Assembly (NCBI RefSeq): GCF_002911695.1
Contig: NZ_PQBS01000019.1
Coordinates: 10,002 to 34,001, forward strand
Source of the DNA: Gracilimonas amylolytica
Lineage (GTDB): Bacteria > Bacteroidota > Rhodothermia > Balneolales > Balneolaceae
DNA: 24,000 nucleotides
Reading direction: 5' to 3'
Below the pieces are notes generated by a model that saw only the letters and a program-made list of their open reading frames with translations, was not told the origin of the DNA and did no database searches. Positions within the stretch are counted from its first letter, which is position 1, and each line of letters starts with the position of its first letter. Of this stretch, positions 1-5,837 are shown one piece after another. The position numbers and the translations under genes are program-made.

Positions 1-66
1 GAAGAACTGAAGGAAGCCGGAGCATCTGATATCGTGATGTTGCCGATCGAAAGTATGATCCTATAG
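1..66 (+). CDS. hisG: ATP phosphoribosyltransferase, C-terminal fragment (5' end lies outside the window)
   Basis: Frame 1 reads EELKEAGASDIVMLPIESMIL then TAG. This resembles the conserved long-form HisG C-terminus (..LKALGAS.ILVLPIEKM..). It sits directly upstream of hisD, as in hisGDCBH operons. Confidence 0.75.
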   Translation, partial: EELKEAGASDIVMLPIESMIL

Positions 67-89
67 AACATTGAACAAGGAATATTGAA
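62..89 (+). repeat. Degenerate heptad tract TATAGAA CATTGAA CAAGGAA TATTGAA overlapping the hisG stop codon
   Basis: Four consecutive 7-nt units each end in GAA. The hisG TAG (64-66) lies in the first unit. The tract contains the 13-nt motif AAGGAATATTGAA (77-89), which recurs exactly at 1485-1497. Confidence 0.6.
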
Positions 90-152
90 CCTGCCTCGCC
101 GGCAGGCAGGTATCGAAGTATTCGAAACTCGTTCCGTCGCTTCGCTACGGAA
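90..152 (+). other. Three consecutive short hairpins in the hisG-hisD spacer
   Basis: The hairpins are CCTGCC(90-95)/GGCAGG(101-106), TCGAA(113-117)/TTCGA(121-125) and TTCCGT(132-137)/ACGGAA(147-152). None is followed by a T-run. Confidence 0.4.
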
Positions 153-191
153 TGCCAAACTGAGGCCTGCTTTAAACTATAAGGCAAAGAA

Positions 192-1478
192 ATGAAAAAA
201 TACAACTATTCTGAATTATCACCGGAAGAGATCAGAGAGCTGCTGAAGCGGCCAAAAATTGATTTTAGCTCCATATTCCAAACGGTTCAACCCATAATTG
301 AAGCTGTTGAAGAAGAGGGCGATTCTGCCGTGATCCGATATACGGAGCAATTTGATGGTGTGAAACTGAATGAGGTCACGTTGGATCCAAATGATGTTAA
401 GGTTCAGATAGACGCCTCGGTCAAAGAGGCCATAGATATTGCGTTCAGTAATATTTCCCAATTTCATAGGGCCCAGCAGGCACCGGACCTGCATGTGGAA
501 ACCATGCCGGGTGTGCGGTGCTCAAAAGTGAGTCGCCCGATCCAACGTGTTGGACTGTATATTCCCGGTGGAACCGCCGTTCTGCCTTCCACGGCGATGA
601 TGCTGGCTATTCCTGCCATGATCGCGGGTTGCACAACAAAAGTGTTAGCAACACCGCCCAAGAAAGATGGAAGTGTGGCACCGGAGATCATTTACATTGC
701 CCAGAAAGCCGGGATCAATACGATACTTTTAGCCGGTGGTGCCCAGGCTGTGGCAGCATTGGCTGTGGGAACCGAAAGTGTGCCCAAAGTGGACAAGATC
801 TTTGGGCCGGGAAATCAATATGTGACAGCGGCGAAAATGATCCTTCAAAATTCGGAGGCTCAGATCAGTATTGACATGCCGGCCGGGCCTTCTGAAGTTC
901 TGGTCATTGCCGATGCTGAAGCCAATCCTGCTTATGTTGCAGCCGACTTGCTGTCTCAGGCAGAACACGGAAGTGACAGTCAGGTAGTTTTGGTAGCCAC
1001 TGAAGATTTTGACATGAATGAATTGGAGCATGAACTAAAAACCCAACTCAACGAGCTTCCCCGAAAAGAAATGGCAACCGGGGCTTTGGATAACAGTTTC
1101 AGCCTTGTGGTGAAGTCGCTTGATGAGGCTTTTGAGTTTTCAAATCAGTATGCGCCCGAGCATTTAATTGTGAATGTGAAAGAAGCTGAATCGTATGTGG
1201 ATGAGATCATCAATGCGGGGTCGGTCTTCCTGGGACAGTTGACCCCGGAAAGTGTGGGGGATTATGCTTCCGGCACTAATCACACATTGCCAACTTATGG
1301 GTATGCCCGCATGTACAGCGGGGTGAATCTGGCCGCTTTTCAGAAATCAGTGACCATGCAATCTCTTACAGAAGAAGGGTTGAAAAATGTGGGTCCTGCA
1401 GTGGAAATACTGGCGGAATTAGAAGAACTTCAGGCGCATAAAAATGCCGTCAGCCTTCGGTTGAAGAATATCGAATAG
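192..1478 (+). CDS. hisD: Histidinol dehydrogenase
   Basis: The 428-aa ORF shows HisD hallmarks: [40 protein letters not shown] and AHKNAV near the C-terminus. It is in an operon with hisG and hisC. Confidence 0.95.
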   Translation: MKKYNYSELSPEEIRELLKRPKIDFSSIFQTVQPIIEAVEEEGDSAVIRYTEQFDGVKLNEVTLDPNDVKVQIDASVKEAIDIAFSNISQFHRAQQAPDLHVETMPGVRCSKVSRPIQRVGLYIPGGTAVLPSTAMMLAIPAMIAGCTTKVLATPPKKDGSVAPEIIYIAQKAGINTILLAGGAQAVAALAVGTESVPKVDKIFGPGNQYVTAAKMILQNSEAQISIDMPAGPSEVLVIADAEANPAYVAADLLSQAEHGSDSQVVLVATEDFDMNELEHELKTQLNELPRKEMATGALDNSFSLVVKSLDEAFEFSNQYAPEHLIVNVKEAESYVDEIINAGSVFLGQLTPESVGDYASGTNHTLPTYGYARMYSGVNLAAFQKSVTMQSLTEEGLKNVGPAVEILAELEELQAHKNAVSLRLKNIE

Positions 1479-1507
1479 TGAATAAAGGAATATTGAATTT
1501 GAAGTTG
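1463..1507 (+). repeat. Degenerate GAA-phased heptad tract spanning the hisD stop codon
   Basis: The sequence reads GAAGAAT atc GAATAGT GAATAAA g GAATATT GAATTT GAAGTTG. The hisD TAG (1476-1478) lies inside the unit GAATAGT. The tract includes the exact 13-mer AAGGAATATTGAA (1485-1497). Confidence 0.5.
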
Positions 1508-1516
1508 TAATAACAC

Positions 1517-1613
1517 CGGAATAGAACAAGGATGACGCAGATTTAGCAGATGATCGCTGATATAAATTTAGATCTTTGGGCATGCGTAAAAGGCGCTTCA
1601 TCCGCGTTTCAAT
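1517..1613 (+). repeat. Intercistronic hairpin-forming repeat element, copy 1 (hisD-hisC spacer)
   Basis: It aligns by eye with 2722-2820: CGGaATaGAACaaGGATGAcGCaGATTT...AGAT...CGCtGATATAAATTTA ... CATCCGCGTTtCAAT. The terminal arms GGATGACGC and GCTTCATCC are inverted. The GCWGAT motif recurs within it. Confidence 0.7.
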
Positions 1614-1659
1614 TCAAAAGCAGAAATAATATATAGCAGTACACCATAAATCATTAGGA

Positions 1660-2712
1660 ATGAAAAAAATTGACGTTAGTGCCCTGGTGAGGGAAAACAT
1701 CCGTGATCTCAAACCTTACAGAAGTGCCCGGGATGATTTCGACTCAGGGATCTTACTGGATGCCAACGAGAATAGTTTTGGTGCTCCTTTCGCGGATGAC
1801 CTTGAGCTGAACCGTTATCCAATGCCGTATCAGAACGAACTGCGTGATAAGATCGCAGCATTCCGGGGTGTGGATACAGAGAATGTGTTTGTGGGTGTGG
1901 GAAGTGATGAGGCCATTGAATTACTGTTCAGGATATTTTGTAAGCCCGGGAAAGATCGGGTGATCATCAACCCACCTACCTATGGTATGTACAAAGTATC
2001 TGCCGCGATCAACGATGTGGCTGTGGATGAAGTACTTTTGACGGAGAATTTTCAGCTTCAGCCTGATAAGATCCTTGAAGCGGTTCAACCCGAGACCAAA
2101 ATGATCTTTATTTGTTCTCCCAACAATCCTACAGCCAACAGCCTGGATATTGATGACATCATGCAGGTGCTCAATGAATTTGAAGGGATCGTAGTGATCG
2201 ATGAGGCATATGTTGATTTCAGTACTCAGGCCAGTTTAGTGGGAAATCTCACTGACTATAACAACCTTGTGGTGCTGCAAACTATGTCGAAATCATTTGG
2301 GTTAGCGGGCATAAGGCTGGGAATTGCCCTGGCTGATGCGGAGATCATATCCTACTTTTTGAAGGTGAAGGCGCCATACAACATCAACAAACTGACGGCT
2401 CAAAAAGCGAATCAGGCATTCTCTAATCTGGATAATCTTCAGAAAAATATCAATGCTGTGTTAGAAGAAAGGGAACGGGTGATCAGTAAGCTGATTACTT
2501 TTCCTCAGGTTAAACGCGTGTACCCAACCGATGCCAATTTTGTGTTGTTCAGGATCGATGATGCCATGGAGGTGTATAAGAAACTGGCTGATGAGGGCGT
2601 GATCATTCGGTATCGGGGAAATGAACCCCATTGCGAAGATTGTTTAAGATTGACTGTAGGAACGTCCGTGGAAAGCGACCGGTTCTTCGCTGCATTAAAG
2701 AATATTCAATAG
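1660..2712 (+). CDS. hisC: Histidinol-phosphate aminotransferase
   Basis: The 350-aa ORF is a class-II aminotransferase. It has the LDANEN motif, CSPNNPT, IDEAY.DF and the PLP-lysine motif (QTMSKSFGLAGIRLG). It lies between hisD and hisB. Confidence 0.93.
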   Translation: MKKIDVSALVRENIRDLKPYRSARDDFDSGILLDANENSFGAPFADDLELNRYPMPYQNELRDKIAAFRGVDTENVFVGVGSDEAIELLFRIFCKPGKDRVIINPPTYGMYKVSAAINDVAVDEVLLTENFQLQPDKILEAVQPETKMIFICSPNNPTANSLDIDDIMQVLNEFEGIVVIDEAYVDFSTQASLVGNLTDYNNLVVLQTMSKSFGLAGIRLGIALADAEIISYFLKVKAPYNINKLTAQKANQAFSNLDNLQKNINAVLEERERVISKLITFPQVKRVYPTDANFVLFRIDDAMEVYKKLADEGVIIRYRGNEPHCEDCLRLTVGTSVESDRFFAALKNIQ

Positions 2713-2721
2713 TGGATACAA

Positions 2722-2820
2722 CGGTATGGAACCCGGATGATGCTGATTTTATAGATACCCGCAGATATAAAATTTACTCATCAGTGGTAATCCGCTGAAT
2801 CTGTGTCATCCGCGTTCAAT
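2722..2820 (+). repeat. Intercistronic hairpin-forming repeat element, copy 2 (hisC-hisB spacer)
   Basis: This is the same element as 1517-1613. Its inverted arms are CGGATGATGCTGATT (2734-2748) and AATCTGTGTCATCCG (2798-2812). In RNA they pair over about 15 positions, allowing G-U pairs and one mismatch. Confidence 0.7.
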
Positions 2821-2893
2821 ACGATTATTTTATTAAATAATATCAGCTTTAAATATCAAAAATGGACGACTTGTCCGCCTAAGAGGCTTAACC

Positions 2894-3778
2894 ATGTTGA
2901 TCTCAATTACCAAAAACGCACTGAACGACCCTTCCGAAACGTTCATATTCCGTCCAAATACCATTTCTGTCTTAAAACAAATTGTGGGTGGGGGACGTGA
3001 CCTGCATATTCCAACGGATGCCATTTCATCTCAGCAAAGGTTGGTATTGGAACAGGAAGGGATCTCGTTTGTTGAAAAAGGGGATGCAGATCTGGTTATC
3101 ACTGAAGATGAAGGGAAGCTTAAACTTCTCAAAAAGGAAGAAGTATTGATCACTTCAAAGGAGTGGGAGCCTGTGATCGGGTTTATCATCCGGAAAGCGC
3201 GTAAGGCAAGTATTCAGCGAAAAACGAATGAGACGAATATCAGCATAGATGTAAATTTGGATGGCACGGGTAAGGCAGATATCTCAACCGGATTAAACTT
3301 CTTTGATCACATGCTGGATCAGATCGCCCGGCATGGTTTGATCGATATGAACCTGAAATGCGAGGGGGACCTTGAAGTTGATGAGCACCACACCATTGAA
3401 GATGTAGCCATTGCATTGGGCGAAGTGATCACTAAAGCCCTGGGAAACAAGATGGGAATTGAGCGTTATGGTTTCGTGTTACCAATGGACGAAACGCAAG
3501 CTACCGTGGCTATTGACCTGTCAGGCCGGCCATATCTGGTGTTCGAAGGAGACTTCAAGAGAGAATATGTTGGAGACTTCCCCACAGAAATGGTTGAGCA
3601 TTTTTTTTATAGCCTGGCAATGAACTTGAAGGCGACATTACATGTTAGCTTTTCAGGTAAAAATGACCACCACAAAATTGAAGCCTGCTTTAAGGGTCTC
3701 GCCCGGTCTTTAAAGATGGCTATAGAACAGAACGGGCGCATAAAAAATCTGGTCCCAAGTTCAAAAGGGACGCTGTAG
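2894..3778 (+). CDS. hisB: Imidazoleglycerol-phosphate dehydratase with a shortened, degenerate N-terminal HAD-phosphatase-like extension
   Basis: The C-terminal 190-195 aa are canonical IGPD: RKTNETNI, GLNFFDHMLDQIARHG, GDLEVDEHHTIEDVAIALG, GKNDHHKIEA and PSSKGTL. The N-terminal ~100 aa look like a remnant of the fused histidinol-phosphatase domain but lack the DxDGT nucleophile motif. An in-frame TAA at 2879-2881 blocks any upstream extension. Confidence 0.9.
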   Translation: MLISITKNALNDPSETFIFRPNTISVLKQIVGGGRDLHIPTDAISSQQRLVLEQEGISFVEKGDADLVITEDEGKLKLLKKEEVLITSKEWEPVIGFIIRKARKASIQRKTNETNISIDVNLDGTGKADISTGLNFFDHMLDQIARHGLIDMNLKCEGDLEVDEHHTIEDVAIALGEVITKALGNKMGIERYGFVLPMDETQATVAIDLSGRPYLVFEGDFKREYVGDFPTEMVEHFFYSLAMNLKATLHVSFSGKNDHHKIEACFKGLARSLKMAIEQNGRIKNLVPSSKGTL

Positions 3779-3785
3779 ATTACAT

Positions 3786-4406
3786 ATGATCGCTATCATC
3801 AAGTATAAAGCCGGTAACACAGCTTCAGTGGCCAATGCCCTGGAGCGGCTTGAAGCACGATATTTTTTTGCTGAGACACCTGAAGAACTTGAAAGTGCAA
3901 GAGCTGTAATATTTCCGGGTGTCGGACATGCCGGTGCTGCCATGGAGTCACTCAAGGAAAAAGGGGTGGATGAATGGCTGAAGAACACGAAAAAACCGGT
4001 ACTCGGTATCTGTGTCGGAATGCAGTTGATGTATGAAAATTCATCAGAAGGGGATACGGCAGGACTTGGGATCATTCCCGGTTCATTGAAAAAATTTGAT
4101 GAGTCTAAAGCCAAGGTTCCGCACATGGGCTGGAATAAATTAAAAAGCACAGGACAACATCCTATCCTTAAAAATCTGATCGAAAAAAACTACCTGTATT
4201 TTGTGCATAGTTACTACGCGCCTGTAAGTGAGCATACTTTAGCTACCTGTAATTATATCAACAACTTTTCAGCAATAGTTGCCAAGGATAATTTTATTGG
4301 GGTTCAATTCCACCCGGAAAAATCAGGAAGTGTCGGCTCAATGATCCTTCAAAATTTTCTGGATCTTGTTTACTCTCCTAAAGCAGCCAATGCCCTGGAT
4401 AAATAG
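3786..4406 (+). CDS. hisH: Imidazole glycerol phosphate synthase, glutamine amidotransferase subunit
   Basis: The 206-aa ORF is a class-I GATase with the GICVGMQL nucleophile elbow, HMGWN, FVHSY and QFHPEKS. It starts 7 nt after hisB. Confidence 0.93.
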   Translation: MIAIIKYKAGNTASVANALERLEARYFFAETPEELESARAVIFPGVGHAGAAMESLKEKGVDEWLKNTKKPVLGICVGMQLMYENSSEGDTAGLGIIPGSLKKFDESKAKVPHMGWNKLKSTGQHPILKNLIEKNYLYFVHSYYAPVSEHTLATCNYINNFSAIVAKDNFIGVQFHPEKSGSVGSMILQNFLDLVYSPKAANALDK

Positions 4407-4495
4407 GATGAAGGTGTAGCTCTTCACCTTAACTTCACGTGTTTCAGGTATTTTCTTTTGACCTTAGTTTTGGTTAAATAACCGGGGAGGTCAAT

Positions 4496-5254
4496 ATGAT
4501 ACTATCCAAATCCAAAGCCTGTTTACTTTCACTGTTTTTACTGCTTCTTTCGGGAACAGTTTTGGCACAGAATGCATCCGAGATCGTGAAGAAAATGGAT
4601 GAAAAAATGCGGGGGGAATCGCTGGAAGCCGAGGTTACCATGACTATTGTCAGGCCGGATTGGAGTCGGGAAGTATCCATGAAGAGCTGGAGTCGCGGTT
4701 CAGAATACTCAATGATCTTGATCACAGCCCCTGCCCGCGATAGGGGTACCGCTTTTCTTAAACGAGGTAACGAAATTTGGAACTGGATCCCGAATGTGGG
4801 AAGAACCATAAAAATGCCACCATCAATGATGATGCAGTCATGGATGGGCTCTGATTTCACCAATGATGACCTGGTTCGTGAATCGTCTGCTGTGACAGAT
4901 TATGAGCATGAACTGGTTGGGGAAGAAACGATTCAGGGGTACGAGTGCTATAAGATCGAAATGACCCCCAAACCGGATGCCCCGGTTGTATGGACGAGAG
5001 TGGATGTGTGGATCTCAAAGGAAGAATACATCGAATTAAGAGCAGAGTTTTATGATGAATTCGGGGAATTGATCAATGTGATGAATGGCATGGATGTGAA
5101 GGATTTTAACGGGCGGCAGATACCCTCACGCATGGAAATGATCCCAATGGATAAAGAAGGCCATATGACAATACTTGAATACAGATCTATGGAATTCAAT
5201 GAAAACATCTCTGAAAGATTCTTTAGCGTGCAGAATATGAGAAGAGTTCAGTGA
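4496..5254 (+). CDS. LolA-like outer-membrane lipoprotein-sorting protein (secreted)
   Basis: The 252-aa ORF has a signal peptide (LLLLSGTVLAQ) followed by the pattern typical of the LolA_like family: W.W.P....I......Q.WMGSDFTNDDL, CYKIEM.PK, and a C-terminal FS...M.R. Confidence 0.75.
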   Translation: MILSKSKACLLSLFLLLLSGTVLAQNASEIVKKMDEKMRGESLEAEVTMTIVRPDWSREVSMKSWSRGSEYSMILITAPARDRGTAFLKRGNEIWNWIPNVGRTIKMPPSMMMQSWMGSDFTNDDLVRESSAVTDYEHELVGEETIQGYECYKIEMTPKPDAPVVWTRVDVWISKEEYIELRAEFYDEFGELINVMNGMDVKDFNGRQIPSRMEMIPMDKEGHMTILEYRSMEFNENISERFFSVQNMRRVQ

Positions 5255-5283
5255 TCAGTTATCAGTGAACAGTGATCAGTACC
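5249..5283 (+). repeat. Heptamer tract T1: CAGTGAT CAGTTAT CAGTGAA CAGTGAT CAGTACC
   Basis: Five tandem 7-nt units share CAGT and an A at position 6. The first unit encodes the last codon (CAG) and the TGA stop (5252-5254) of the LolA-like gene. Confidence 0.9.
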
Positions 5284-5328
5284 CAAAGTATATTATAACT
5301 TGATTGTTGAATCCAGTTCGGCCAGCTT

Positions 5329-5398
5329 CTGCTAACTGCTAACTGCTAACTGCTAACTGCTAACTGCTAACTGCTAACTGCTAACTGCTAACTGCTAA
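5329..5398 (-). repeat. Heptamer tract T2: perfect (CTGCTAA)x10, which is (CAGTTAG)n on the minus strand
   Basis: Ten exact tandem copies were counted base by base (5329-5335 through 5392-5398). The tract is the reverse-complement orientation of T1. It provides the last codons and the TAG stop (5388-5390) of the minus-strand four-helix-bundle ORF. Confidence 0.95.
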
Positions 5399-5753
5399 TC
5401 CTAGTCGTTTTTAATATGGAAAATAGAATTCTGCAAAGTTCATCTGCATCGTCATGCATACTATTAAACGTCTTAGAATTTATAAAATCAGTATCATACA
5501 ATAGGTTTAGCCAATACTTTGTTTCTAAAGATTCTTTGTATGCAATGGAAATTTTAGATGAAAAATCAGCTTTTGAAATGGCACCATTGGCTTCAGATAT
5601 ATTTGCGCCAATACTGGTTCCACATCGAAGTAACTGTTTTGAAAGCATAAATTAACGTTATTCTTTACTTAAGAATTGATATCCTTTAACAACCCGAATT
5701 GCAAATGCATATGCTTTTTTAGAATTAATGATGGATTACATTGTAAGAGCCAT
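5388..5753 (-). pseudogene. Four-helix-bundle protein gene (23S rRNA-intervening-sequence protein / Avd-like family) interrupted by three in-frame TAA codons
   Basis: The remaining 86-aa ORF (5388-5648) reads LSKQLLRCGTSIGANISEA..SKADF..KISIAYKESLETKYWLNLL, the core of this family. The same frame upstream reads MALTM*SIINSKKAYAFAIRVVKGYQFLSKE*R*F and then that ORF, which is the expected N-terminal helix. It is broken by TAA codons at 5736-5738, 5658-5660 and 5652-5654. The region is visibly more AT-rich than its neighbours. Confidence 0.7.
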
Positions 5754-5796
5754 TAAATCCAAAATCCTTACAGAATTTTTTAAAACATATGTAAAA

Positions 5797-5831
5797 CTGT
5801 TTACTGATCACTGTTAACTGCTCACTGAAAA
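5797..5831 (-). repeat. Heptamer tract T3: CTGTTTA CTGATCA CTGTTAA CTGCTCA CTGAAAA (minus strand: CAGTGAG CAGTTAA CAGTGAT CAGTAAA CAGTTTT)
   Basis: Five 7-nt units are in the same phase and orientation as T2 and inverted relative to T1. The tract ends 6 nt before the ATG of the first FtsX permease gene. Confidence 0.85.
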
Positions 5832-5837
5832 ACGAAC

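Noticed and set aside
219-1031. Several ORFs lie inside hisD: 219-494 (-), 464-691 (-), 518-874 (+) and 729-1031 (-).
   Set aside because: They are fully nested in a confidently identified gene and their translations have no recognisable motifs. They are typical shadow ORFs. The same reasoning applies to the following: 3761-4150 (-), 4474-4863 (-), 6960-7245 (-), 7343-7525 (+), 7788-8162 (-), 8425-9133 (-), 9515-9946 (-/+), 10305-10544 (-), 11863-12084 (+), 13025-13213 (-), 14119-14370 (+), 15924-16679 (+), 16905-17651 (+), 18240-19174 (+), 18913-19098 (-), 19243-19518 (-), 19646-19955 (-), 20215-20638 (+), 21101-21854 (-), 21972-22277 (-), 22387-23052 (-) and 23303-23569 (+).
1419-1601. A 60-aa minus-strand ORF (MKRLLRMPKDLNLYQRSSAKSASS...) lies in the hisD-hisC spacer.
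   Set aside because: It is a translation of the intercistronic repeat element and overlaps the hisD 3' end. The sequence is low-complexity and repeat-derived, with no independent coding evidence.
2803-3024. ORFs at 2803-3000 (+) and 2833-3024 (-) lie upstream of and overlapping hisB. The first could be a frameshifted N-terminus of the HAD domain.
   Set aside because: Neither translation contains a DxDGT or other HAD motif. One overlaps the repeat element and the hisB start, and the other is antisense. Both are treated as spurious.
4305-4325. The sequence GGTTCAATTCCACCCGG resembles a tRNA T-arm.
   Set aside because: It lies in frame within hisH, encoding GVQFHPE (the conserved GATase motif). 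No acceptor or anticodon arms surround it.
4411-4430. A hairpin AAGGTG/CACCTT lies just after hisH and could be the his operon terminator.
   Set aside because: The stem is only 6 bp with an 8-nt loop, and no T-run follows directly; the nearest T-rich stretch is about 20 nt away. This is not convincing as an intrinsic terminator.
5416-5655. A 79-aa + strand ORF lies antisense to the four-helix-bundle gene.
   Set aside because: This is a shadow ORF in an AT-rich region. The minus-strand frame carries the recognisable family motifs.
5388-5753. The Avd-like four-helix-bundle gene might mark a diversity-generating retroelement.
   Set aside because: No reverse transcriptase ORF, no template/variable repeat pair and no adenine-mutagenesis target gene are present anywhere in the window. 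The gene itself is also disrupted.
5284-5831. The cassette might be a classical IS element or transposon.
   Set aside because: It has no transposase or integrase ORF and no recognisable terminal inverted repeats other than the heptamer tracts. It is at most a non-autonomous element.
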